A DNA stretch of 64,000 bases, taken from positions 1 to 64,000 of the forward strand of contig CM074811.1 of the NCBI GenBank assembly GCA_037447605.1, written 5' to 3'. A program made the position numbers and the translations under genes. The notes beneath the pieces are model-generated. The model did not search any database and was not told where the DNA came from. It saw nothing but the letters and a program-made list of their open reading frames with translations. This stretch comes from Zygnema circumcarinatum SAG 698-1b (Eukaryota; Plantae; Zygnematophyceae). Below, piece after piece: positions 40,101 to 51,818 of this stretch (positions are counted from its first letter, which is position 1; the number at the start of each line of letters is the position of its first letter).

Positions 40101-42859
40101 GGTGGTATACAAGATTGGAAATCTAGTCCGGTTGAAGGCGGAAAGAGGGGGAGAATCATACAAGTCGGGCATCCTTTATCTGCTCCCGATAGATTTCTGT
40201 CAGTCCGTACACTGCTTCACTCTGCGAAAGACACCAGAGAAATACTTTGTCACTCCACTGCATGAAGCAGGCAATGCGATTCCTGCGTCGCCAAAGAAAA
40301 CCTTTACTAGCTCTATCGCCTGCCTGCTTTAAGTTTCAGAGGCGAATGGTAGTTCTACCAATGAGCAAAGGCAGCCACGGCGACAGCAGAGACAACACGG
40401 AACTAGAACTGGCTACCGACTGACTGACTGGCAAAGCGATTCTGCAACTTCAAGATCACCATCACTCCACTGCACATAGCATGAGTATTCGAGAAAGGCA
40501 ACAGCACGTTCATTCCCGAATCACTTGTTCTTCCTAAGCCGGTACTTGTTGGCACAACCCATGAAAAATGGCTTCAAGCACACCCATTGAGCTGTCCTGC
40601 CTAGCCACTAGGGCCCACCTGAAGCTGCGGCGCGCGATGGGCTCCGTGATACCACTCCTCGTACTCCTTCACGTCGCGCAGCCTGAAATCCTGCCCGCGT
40701 TGAAACCACAGGGAAACAAGCTGCTCGTATGAACATGTCGCAGCCCTTTGTCACCAGGCAATTCCGTCCCATTCGCGAGACGGACTGGAAAGGATTGTTG
40801 AAACAGAGCTTGTGAGAAAAAAGTATGAGGCGAATTTCCATGCCATGTCACAACACCATTCTCCTTTCCTTAGACAATGTAATTGCAATAAATGGCAACG
40901 CTAAAAAGAAACGACAAAAAATACGATTAAGGCCATCCGTCATAAAGTCCATATGGCTCACTTCCATTGCACGACCAATTTCAGAGGCCCTTCATGCACT
41001 CGCCAGGTGAGCACCAGAGAGCTCCTCTAAAAAGGCAGCTTCTCCCACATGGGGGCAACCACGCAGGCCAAAAAGGAAGTGAGCTCCGACTGTACATTGA
41101 ACATGAAGAGTTTCTGAAAGGAAAATGGAGAGGAGTGACGACTTACCGCTGAGAGATCGACTACTTTCAGGTGTTTTGGCAACGCTGCAATTATTTCCTG
41201 CATATGAACAGGACCAACTGGGACAATGAAACACCAAATCTCAAGCCGGGAATACAATTCTAAGACGGCAGTGCGAGGTCTGAGTTTCTCCAAGAACCCG
41301 CCGTCGCATATCATTAGCACATTGACAAGGAGGGGCCAAGCCTGATCGACCGCTTGAGCGGGCAAGCAGAGCACCTGTGTGGTGCCATGTGGCAGGCAGC
41401 AGAAGACGGCGTCGACATCAGAAAAATTAGCATCGTCCACGGCGACCATATTGGGAAGCTCCTGAAATAAGTGACAGGCAGGAAAAAAAAAACGATACTT
41501 GGCATTTATTGGACAATCCACTTGAAACACAACGGCAAGGAACTGCCACAGGTGTCACTCTCTTGGCAATTCCACCATATTGGCTGCATTACTCATCGCA
41601 AGAGGCACCCCCATGTAAACACACAACTTTCCACTTTCATTCTCTTTATCCCTCCATTTTGCTCCCGGTTTTTTGTTCCTTTCCTTCCGCCTCGTCTTGT
41701 CTCATATTTCGTGTATTGATATCTGGCAAAGTAAACGAGACTTTGTTATAATGCGGAGTAGACTGCGATCCACATCTACAAACCAGTGGCATTGACTTGA
41801 CAAACTGGAAATACTTACCTTGCTTTCTGCAATAAGATGTGGAAAAACAGTTCCAAGCGATTGTCCAGCCTTGCGATCAGCGGTCATCAAAGCAATTTGG
41901 TAGAAAGGATGAGTAGCCAACAACCGCACTATCTGGAAAAGGAGCAGTAGCCACTGCCAGTTGTCAGGTCGCAACATAACTGTGAGCCATTAGTCCACCC
42001 TTCCCCATTTGCTCCTCTCAAATACATCGAGACTCGGTAGCTCAGTGGAAGCAGCAAAGGAGCATCCAGCAGCGCCGACCTCCGCGCCCGTGTAGCCGCT
42101 TGCGCCAAGAACACCGATGCGCACTGTCTCCCCCAGCCTCAGCTTCGGGTGTTCCGAAGCGCTGGTTGGGCTGGCCACGGCCATGGAGATGCGTGCCTTC
42201 AGCTTCCGTCGCATACAAGGCAATTCAAGAACCGCTCCATTGAAACTGGATTTCCCAACTCCTGATTCAGCCTGCTCAAAATCCACAAGTGGCACAGTCG
42301 TTTATTCAGCTTTTTAAAAAATAAAACAAACACGGGCAGAGTATATTCTAATGCTGATGCTACTCTCCACTTGCAACCCCCATTCAAATTCTCAATATAC
42401 AGGAAAAAGGTCTACTTGCTTTTACTGTGGAGAATACTCGGGGAATCGCGACTACTAGCTTTAGATGAAACCAAAAGAAGCCTGAAATTCCTCTCTTACA
42501 AATAGCCCGATAAGTGAATCCAAGTAGCCCAAGTGACATGCTAAAGACCTCTGCATCAATCTCACCTGGTCTATGCTACGGTTTAACAGAACATGAAGCG
42601 TTGAAGGCGAGAACATGCATGACTAGAAAAAACTATATTCCATTTCATTCGTTCCAGTTACCACTTATACTATTCTCATATGAGGATGTGCTGCAGCAGC
42701 ATGAGAGAATTTCGGACAGGTTGACAAAGTCAACAATAGTGAGGATTCCAAAAGAAGCACAATACATGGAAGCTTCCACGTGCTTACCTGTCCGTTCCGC
42801 GAGCTGTGCAGGCCGCCAGAAAAAAGTCCTGGACGTGCGGCCATGACACGAGCGGCCAT
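37146..42859 (-). CDS. argC: N-acetyl-gamma-glutamyl-phosphate reductase, plastid-targeted, 14 exons
   Basis: Exons 42859-42788, 42271-42080, 41932-41819, 41461-41375, 41197-41147, 40690-40619, 40221-40162, 39982-39923, 39530-39470, 39160-39080, 38445-38366, 38143-38054, 37744-37616, 37253-37146. Motifs: [69 protein letters not shown]. Confidence 0.97.
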
Positions 42860-45265
42860 GTCCGCCCGGCCCCCTTCCGCTCCTTCTACGAAATACAGCG
42901 GGGAAGAACGAAGCAGCCGTCCAGGCAGCGGTGGGCGTGGCGGTACACAGCGCACAGAGACGAGAGAAGGATCAAACGCCACTCACTCCGGCGCTAAGCG
43001 GGCGGGCGGGCTGGCGGGCTGGCGGCCAGGAAAGCAGGCTTTCCCCTCCCCTTACTCCCTCCCGGAGGCCCTCGTCTTCGACGCGGCGGCGCGCCCCGGC
43101 GGCTGCGTCGGCGCGTCGGCGGCTGCTTGTCTGTCTGTGCCTGTCGGTGCCTTTCTGCCGGCGAGAGGGAGAGGGAGGGAGGGAGGGAGGGAGGGCCGTT
43201 TGTTTGTTGGGCGGTTGCATTGGAAGTTCCAATCCGTACTATACACCTTGAGGTTCGATACAGAACTGTGTGTAATACGGTATTATACACTGTATAATAC
43301 TCAGGTGCTAGTCCCTTGTTGTTGGACGATCCAAACCCCATGCCAGATAGTGCACTCTTATGTGACAACTCGGGTGTTGGCGTTGATGACGATATTCTTG
43401 ACCAGCTTCAGCTGAACGACCTCCTCTAACGTTTGTCTCTTCTTGGAAGATGTAACTTAACCTTTTATCTCATCGTTGGTGGGCTCTTCTACTATTGATA
43501 ATTACACCATCAATGAGACGAACGATTCACTTGTCTACTTTGGGTGTGACTATTATCAATAGTAGAAGAAGAAGAAAGGTGTGGCTTTTTTTGTTGTGTG
43601 CATAAAGAGTTTGCATCACCAATTTGTTGTTGCTCTTCTCCTCTCATCCTTTTCATGATGCCTTCACCACTGTAGGTAGCAGCACTACCACATGTCCCAT
43701 CATCACCGCCCCCCTTGAAACTGCTCTTGTACACCTATTTTTCAATTCAGCTGTTTTGAGACTAGTATAAGTGTCCTAGAGCTGCCTTACGGCTTGAACC
43801 TTCAATTATTATAATCAATCTCTGTCTAACGAGCAAGAAAACGAGGAAAAGACTTTTAAATACATATAAAGTACACTGTATTTTTAAATGTGGTATAATA
43901 TGCACGTATAATAATACGGGGTATTGTACAGGGGAAAACGGGAAAATTTACAGGGGTAATTTACGAGAGAAGGAAATTTCCAAGAAAGGAAGGCGTTTGA
44001 TACATACGCATCTATAATTGGAACACGCGCTTGCTCCATCCACCCATCCTCCGGCAGCGCGAGGCGGCCCGATCGCGCGCCGGCCCATGGATGCTCTGTC
44101 TGTCTGTCTGGCTCTCTCTCTCTGTCTGTCTGTCTGTCTGTCTGTCTGTCGGTCTGTCGGTCTGTCGGTCTGTCTTCCTGTCTGTATGTTTGTCTGTCTG
44201 CCTGCTGTGCACACGCGACCAGATCCGCGCGTGCGTGCGTGCTGCAGCGGAGATGGAAGCTGACGGGGCAGCCCAGGCCGGGGCCGACTCGGACGGCGGC
44301 GCCGCCAGCCGGCCAGCCGGCCAGCCGCCGTGGCACGCGGCCAATGGCGAGGGCGGGCGGGCGGGCGGGCTGAGGGAGCCGACCGAGGGGCCGGGCCGCC
44401 TGGCTCCCTCCGCTCGGGTCCGCTCCGCTCCTGTCCGGTCCGGCCGGTCCGCGCTGGCCTGTCCAGCGCCGAGGCCGCCGCCGTGGAGGGCGAGGGCGAG
44501 GGCGAGGGACCCCGTGGTGCTCCCTCCCTCCCTCCCTCCCCCTCTCCCTCCCTCCCTCCCTNNNNNNNNNNTCCCGACGCGACCGCATGGCATGGCACGC
44601 GGCTCGTATGTGTATGGACACGCTTGGTGCCATTACTTTGTTGAAGATGAACATGTCTGATGGCCATGCCACACGGTTTAGATGTGGACGCTGCGCAGTT
44701 ATCTCTCGTTGCTTGCCCCGCATTGCCATGTTCTGATATTTTCATTCCTTTTCAATATGCAAATTTCTTCCGACGAGTTAAAATGCAACATAATTAGACA
44801 AACCTTCCAAATGGCCATATTTCAGGAGCAGGAGCAGCAGCATTTCAGCCAGCATTCAGTCTCGTGCATCTCCTCACCATGGCATGGTATCAGTGTCAAC
44901 CGACGGTCGCGCAAACAGGAACCAACAGACCAGGCGGATTGTACCGATGTCTATTGATTCCGTGCTTTGCCAGCGTCCTTTATGAGAGGAAGGTGAAATA
45001 AGACAGGACAACTAGAAGGAAGGGGCCGTTCCATTTCACTGAAACTCTCCTAACGGATTCCGCAAGCTCCTATACACATCAAAAGGAAAAGGAACTTTGA
45101 TTAAGCCCCTTCCTCTGCATCTATGTCGAACAAAACTAAGAGAGACCGCGCTAGCTAGTCACAGACAACCGAACTCGCATCTCCGCGTCTCATCTCCTCA
45201 AGCGCTCAATCCTCTGCCCGGCGGTGTACCATGCCACGCTTTCGCCTTAATGCCACGCTTTCGCC

Positions 45266-46398
45266 TTAATCCCCTAGAACCACCTTCTTCACCACCTCAT
45301 GGCCAGGAGTTGTTTCTTCTCCGGGCTGTCTGCAGTACAGACAAAGGCAAATTAATTCAAGGGAATCTCATCTTAGACATAAGATGCACGGTCAGAGAAG
45401 CATTCCTCGTAACTGCAGCCTTGCACTGTCCGGAGGGCATCTGCGACAAATGCAAACATCTGAGCGCTTCAGCATGTTTGGTCACTTGGAAGGACGGAAC
45501 AATACCGTGGGTCAGGAGTCGCGCCTGCGTCCTCGTCATAGTTTGGGTCATTTTCATCGAGCGCGGCAACCACAGGCTCGATGAACTCATCACCCGGTCG
45601 TCCCCAGACATGTTTGCCTCCGCCACCCTCTGCACGTCATACCCGTTAAGTCGTCAGATAAATCTGGACGTGCTCCATACAACTAAAGTAGAGTCTCGGG
45701 AGCATGTAAAAACGAGGAGACCACACTTTGCTCCCCAACAGTCTTTAACCTTTGGAGAAAGAGAGTGTAACGGAAGCAGATGGTTGTCTTGGAATATGGC
45801 CAGGGCCATATTCGAGGGTCGTGACGGTCGGTCATCATCAGGCCAACGAAGCATCGACAGCGAATAACTGAGACTGTCGGATGCAGTGAATAAGGAATTG
45901 GTTCACCTTTCTTAGGAGCTCCCCGGATGCCAGTGCCTGCACGTACGGAGACATGAAAGCAAGCAAATGAATATTAGTAGACTTTCATTGCGACTTTTTT
46001 GCACCACACGAGCGCAAAACTATCCACAAAGACACAGGTAATCAACAAACTGGTGTTGACTACCTTCATTCAAGATGAATGTGAGGCCACATGCCAGTTA
46101 CCTCCTCGCTAGTGACAGCCGCATGCACTTTCCGGATATTTCGCAGAGACATTATGCGACAAGTTAAATACGGTGGAGCCATGTCCCAAAACCGTGAACG
46201 GGAAAGAAAGAAAATGGAACTCAAAATTTTGCAGTAACGTATTCACTGTAAAATGCTATTTCACAAATCTGTGCGAAGACGTCGTATTCTATTTGACACG
46301 GATTATTCACCAGGATGCCTTTCCAGCCGTTCCACGCCCTTCTTCACTAGCACTTGGTGCATGTGCGTCTCTGCCCGCGACGGATGGTGGTCGGCCAT
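45266..46398 (-). CDS. ~100-aa protein made of the PDCD4 N-terminal (pre-MA3) motif, with no MA3 domain
   Basis: Exons 46398-46311, 45936-45907, 45629-45506 and probably 45329-45266, with canonical GT-AG and matching phases, give MADHHPSRAETHMHQVLVKKGVERLERHPGTGIRGAPKKEGGGGKHVWGRPGDEFIEPVVAALDENDPNYDEDAGATPDPRQPGEETTPGHEVVKKVVLGD*. This matches the PDCD4 segment DRRSRSGKGRGLPKKGGAGGKGVWG..DPNYD. The last exon is uncertain. Confidence 0.8.
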
Positions 46399-46519
46399 GG
46401 CCTGCCTGCCTGCCTGCCGCCGACAGACGAGGCTGCGCCCTACTCCGCTCCGCTCTGCTCTGCTCGAGCGCAGCGGGCGGGCGGACGGACGGACGCGGGC
46501 ATGGATGAATTCCGTACGG

Positions 46520-46944
46520 TGGTCGGTGGCTGGCCCATGGATGGATGGGTGGATGGATGGTCGGTGGCTGGCCCATGGATGGATGGGTGGATGGATGGTC
46601 GGTGGCTGGCCCATGGATGGATGGGTGGATGGATGGTCGGTGGCTGGCCCATGGATGGATGGGTGGATGGATGGTCGGTGGCTGGCCCATGGATGGATGG
46701 GTGGATGGATGGTCGGTGGCTGGCCCATGGATGGATGGGTGGATGGATGGTCGGTGGCTGGCCCATGGATGGATGGGTGGATGGATGGTCGGTGGCTGGC
46801 CCATGGATGGATGGGTGGATGGATGGTCGGTGGCTGGCCCATGGATGGATGGGTGGATGGATGGTCGGTGGCTGGCCCATGGATGGATGGGTGGATGGAT
46901 GGTCGGTGGCTGGCCCATGGATGGATGGGTGGATGGATGGTCGG
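46520..46944. repeat. 38-bp minisatellite, 11 perfect copies plus a partial
   Basis: Unit tggtcggtggctggcccatggatggatgggtggatgga, starting ~120 nt upstream of the PDCD4-like ATG. Confidence 0.97.
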
Positions 46945-47978
46945 CGATGTGACCAGGTGACCGTGAGTGCGTGCGTGCGTGTCACCAGCGCGCGTGTGAA
47001 GGTACGGTACGGTACGGCGCATCGCTCCAAGCAGTGCAGCTCCATTGCGCGTGCAATGAGCGCACAGCGAGGGGGGCAGCGCAGGGGGCGGCGGCTGCCG
47101 GGGAATCACCGCTTCGTGCTCACTGACATCGCGGATGATAACTTCATAACTCAATTTTGAAAATAAAGAAAGCTATACCGTATCTAGTAACTGGTACGTG
47201 TCTCCCGCATTGTAACTCATGACTTAACTAAAATGAAGAGTAGTACTTTTGAAACTTCTCATGCAATACGCTTAGTTTTTTTCAAATTGACAAGCCCTTA
47301 TAGGGGTTTCGTTTTTTGTTCCGGATTTCGGCGAATTCTGATTTCTGACGCTAAACCGTATCAATTCGCCGTAATCCGTAAGCACGCAATTTGGATTCCC
47401 TAACTGGACGCTAATATTTAAACCCTCAATCCGCATGACAAATGGACAGAAACCAAAAGAATAGAGACACGATAGAGAAAGAGGTGCAACAAGAAGCGAG
47501 AGGAAGAGGACAAAGGAGAAGAGTGAAGGGCGCGTTGAAACGAGCCAATGAATGGATTCGAATAACTATCATTCATACAATTTGTCAATGCCATTTTCAA
47601 GTGTTCAGTTTCCGTGGAATTTTCAAAATTTGACTGGCGAAAAATGTCGCCGTGACTCTCGGGTATAGAAAGTTGTAACGCAAACAATTGACATTAGTGA
47701 GATCGTGAGTCAAAGCCAGAATATTCATTTATTTACAACAACATCACAAATTGGCACATCACAAATGCTTCCAACATAACGACATACAATCTCCAATAGC
47801 CTTTCCCAAGCGTTACGTTGGAAGGGACCCAAGGAGGATTTAATTTGGCCGACGCGGTCGTAGTAAAGTGTGGATTCAAGATTGCAGTTTGTGAAAACTC
47901 AGGAGCTTTGAGTCGGACCGGCTTCACGCGGTCATGCGCGTGGCGCATACGGTAGTGCCGCACTGCATGCACCCGCGG

Positions 47979-48074
<96 letters not shown>
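47979..48074. repeat. (GGGCAT)16 microsatellite upstream of cyclin A, followed by (GGCAT)n
   Basis: 16 perfect hexamers counted. Confidence 0.95.
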
Positions 48075-48075
<1 letters not shown>

Positions 48076-48357
48076 GGGCGATGGATGGATGTCGAGGCGG
48101 GCGCGGCAGGCATGGCATGGCATGGCATGGCATGGCATGGGAGGCCGCGGTTTGAACCAAAAGTTGGTTTCGCACATTTGGAAGGCCGCGGGCGGAGGCG
48201 GGGGCGGGGGCGGAGGCGCGCCCCTGCAAATCCAAAATGGCGAGTCCCGCCCTCGCCCGGCGAAATCGCCGCCAGGTGGCACGCGCTGAGAGGCGGGCCG
48301 TGTGACGTGGCGCAGCATGGTTGGCCGACCTCGAAAAAAGGTACTGGATGGGACCGG

Positions 48358-48370
48358 TTTGCCGCCAAAA
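48358..48370. promoter_or_regulatory. Overlapping E2F-consensus sites (TTTGCCGC / TTTGGCGG) in the cyclin A upstream region
   Basis: tttgccgccaaaa matches WTTSSCSS on both strands. A further tttcggcg lies near 48432 and a CHR-like TTTGAA near 48151. Fits established E2F control of A-type cyclins. Confidence 0.5.
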
Positions 48371-48794
48371 GGCTTCAGAAAGGCGGAGGGCGACGGCTGG
48401 CGCTGCCGCTGCTGCTGCTGCTGCACTCGTATTTCGGCGGGAGGGACCTCCCGCCCTCCTCCCCCCGAAGCTTAAAGCGCGACGCCCCTGCCGGAGTGCG
48501 GCTCTGGCCTTGCCCCGGCTCGGAGCAGACAAGCAGGCAGGCAGCGCCCACTCTGCATCGCCGCCTCCGCGCCGCTCCTGCTCTACGCTGCTGCTGGTGC
48601 TGATGGTGTTGCTGGCGCCGTACCTTGTTGCTTGCGCACCGTGACTACGCAATAGACGTGCAGCTTCTCATTTTTCATAGTAGGCGCGGCAGTGGAGACA
48701 GTTGCTTGGCAGGTGGTAGAGTGGACCTTCCTAAAGGCGGGATTTTGGGAGGTCAAGGACTATCTGGAAGGGCTTACCCACTTCTGCGGCAGAG

Positions 48795-51700
48795 ATGAGG
48801 ACGAGAAGTTCTGCAGCTAAGCGCGCTGCCATGGACGACTCATCAGACGGGGAAGGACCTGCTGATGGAGGCCGGAACAAACGCCCAGCTTTGGCTAACA
48901 TCAGCAACAATTCTGTCCAATGTTCTGCTGGCTGCTCCAGCATGAAGGTTAGCTGTCCGAAGCTGAGCGTTGCGAGAGAGGCCTGCATTTAAATGTCTGG
49001 GGGTCGATGGCACATGGATTTGCCAAGTTTGAATTCTGATTTAGTGTGCTTCTGAAAGACTGCAGAACACTTGAATCCGGTACTCAATTAAGGAAGAATC
49101 TGCCCTGAGTTACAAAATATTGACCTTTGGCAACATTTGCAGGCTGTCGGTTTGGCAGGCTGTTGAGCTAACACTATCGTGTTTGCTAAACAGGCTGCGG
49201 AAGAAGGCGTAGAATCGAAGGGTAAAGCTCGCGCAGGCCAAGCACGAATTACAACCAAGAAGGCTTCATGCATGGGCACTGCAGCGGCAACTTGCACAGG
49301 TTCTGCTCAGGCAGAGTCTCACGCTGCACCGGCTGAGATGAATGAAGAGCAAGTGGAAGCCCTGCTGGAAGCTCGTACAGACGACCGAACCCTCCCAGGA
49401 GATTCTGCAGCAATTGCATCTCTTGAAAGAAGAACTGTATTGAATCTTCACATTTCGAGTGAACCATCATGTGAACCAGCAGGTAAAGCTGTTTCTCTTA
49501 TGCATGTAAGCTGTATTGCAGCTCTTTTGTTTGGACCTGATGTGCTGCTTGTGTGACACGCCACTTTGCAGTATCAGCTAGTTATGCTTGACCATAAAAA
49601 AGACACTAAAAACTCTTGAGTGTGTATGCTTTCAGGAAATTCCTGTGAAGCAGGAAATGGAAGCATGGAGCCTGAACGAAAGGCATGGACTTGTTCTTTG
49701 GGATATACCTCTATCGACAACAATCCCAAAGATCCTCAGATGTGCAGCATATATGCTGCTGACATTTACCAACACCTGCGACTTGCAGAGGTTGGTGAAC
49801 TTGCATTACCAGCAGACTCTGCAGAGCTTTATGATGTTCTTTGATGTAGGTGTCCGTCTGTATTTTTGCGTCCTCGGAAAGGCAGTATATTGAGTGGTTG
49901 CCTTGTCGTATTCGGAATGGCCTTTACCTAGTAGGTTAATCTTGAGCCGTCCATGTTTTGCCTAGATTACACACTTGTAAGTCTCTTCTTCTACCCATAC
50001 CTTTACTTGGATGACCTGACGAGTGATACATGTTTGATTGTACAGTTGCGACGAAGGCCTAAAACGAATTTCATTGAAACAGTACAAGAGGATGTAACAG
50101 CCAATATGCGAGGGATTCTTGTCGACTGGCTAGTGGAGGTGAGGTGCTTGTCTGGCAAGGGCACAGATGTTGGACTTGGTGTCCTCTTCACTATGTTATG
50201 GACAATTTGGCTGTGTCCGTGTCGGGTTCCACTTTGAGTACACAAAACACCAACTGACTACAACTTGTTTGCTCTTTCAGGTTGCTGAGGAGTACAAGCT
50301 TGTTCCTGATACACTTTATTTGACGTGCTCGTACATTGATCGTTATTTATCCGGCAATGCTGTCACTCGGAGCCGGCTGCAGCTTTTGGGAGTATCCTGC
50401 ATGCTCATTGCAGCGTGAGTGTTGGCTATTGTCTCGCTGGACCTTATCCATGTCCTCTTCCTTTTGCTGGAGAATAGCAAGGTCCTGAAAGGATTGAGAT
50501 AATTTGAGGGCTTGTATACTCAAAGTTGGTTTTTGCAGCTTCAACGAGTCTGAAAACATTGGATTGGATCTTTGCTGCTGCAGCAAGTACGAGGAGATAT
50601 ATGCACCGCAGGTTGAGGAATTCTGCTACATCACAGACAACACTTATCGACGAGATGAGGTAAGCTGCCACAAGCAGAGGTTAAGCTGGCTTGCAGATTT
50701 TGCAGATTAGAAGTGTACGACGAACATACTGCCTTTCCATGTAATGCTCTACAGGTACTTAATCCTCTCTAACTTATTTGTTGCAGGTGTTAGACATGGA
50801 GAAGAAGGTGTTGAATGACCTTCGCTTTGAGCTTAGTACGCCTACCACAAAAAGTTTCCTGAGAAGATTTATTCGAGCTGCGCAAGTGAGTTTGGAGGTA
50901 AGTTAATCTGTACGATCCTTCACAAATCATAGATGGTTAGAAGTATGTGTCAACTCCCACGAATTCTTTTTTTGCTGGCGCGGTACCTTGTTGCTTGTGC
51001 ACCGTGTCCATTGCTGGCATTGTCAGAGAGATTCAGACCACTAAGTTTTTTCTTGAAAGCGCGTGTTCCACCCTAGGAAACTGAGACTCAATTTTGTGCT
51101 CATGTTTGCAGGCTCCATCTTTGAAACTTGAGTTTCTTGGAAACTACCTTGCAGAACTGACTCTTGTTGATTATTCTTTTCTGGGATATCTGCCGTCGAT
51201 GGTGGCTGCCTCTGCTGTTTTTTTGGCAAAACTCACGATTGATCCTCATAAACAACCATGGGTAAGCTCCCTCCAGAGTCCGCTTGCGCATTGTGTATGA
51301 GCCATTGCGCAAATAGCTGGCCGTCGACTCTGTTTGGGAGCGTGAGGATATTTCATGAATTTTCGTGCGCTACTTGCAAATTCCCTGCGAGGCTTCAGTT
51401 TTACATGATGTTTTTTAGGCACTGACCAGAAGTTTCCTCTGCTGCAGACTCCCACACTACAACACTATACCGGCTATCGCCCCGAGCAGATCAAACAATG
51501 TGTCTTAAACTTGCATTCACTCCATTCCAACCACGCAGGAACTTTGCCTGCCATTCGGGAAAAATACAGTCAAAGCAAGGTAAAACTTGGCGCGTCTTTT
51601 TCTGCAGGCAGCTTGAACTTGTTGATTGCATGCCTGCAGATGCTTGAAGTGTATGTGGCTTTTGAACGTATTGGGAGCAGCAAGTCTCCTTTTAGAGCAT

Positions 51701-51818
51701 GATGATACTGCTCGTTCCTGACACAGTCTACTGGGTTTCTGCTTTGCAGTTCAAATCAGTCGCTTCGTTGCCTCCCTCTCCTACTGTCCCGCTTCAGTTT
51801 TTTGAAGACGTTCGGTAG
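48795..51818 (+). CDS. CYCA: A-type cyclin, 10 exons
   Basis: Exons 48795-48947, 49194-49482, 49636-49790, 50046-50138, 50281-50414, 50584-50659, 50787-50885, 51112-51261, 51448-51579, 51750-51818. D-box RPALANISN; DPQMCSIYAADIY; cyclin-box MRGILVDWLVEVAEEYKL (plant A-type signature); LQLLGVSCMLIAAKYEEI; FCYITDNTY. Confidence 0.97.

Noticed and set aside
43250-43990. AT-rich segment with short palindromic taatacgg..tatt words at both flanks, possibly a transposon remnant
   Set aside because: No convincing TIR, TSD or transposase motif by eye.
45097-45867. 256-aa + strand ORF, and the 92-aa - strand ORF at 45357-45635 that first looked like a Harbinger transposase fragment
   Set aside because: The + ORF is antisense to the PDCD4-like exons with no recognisable motif, and the - ORF is the wrong frame of the PDCD4-like exon 3; no DDE motif is present.
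46253-47160. Long W/M/G/D- or H/P-rich ORFs
   Set aside because: Translations of the 38-bp minisatellite.
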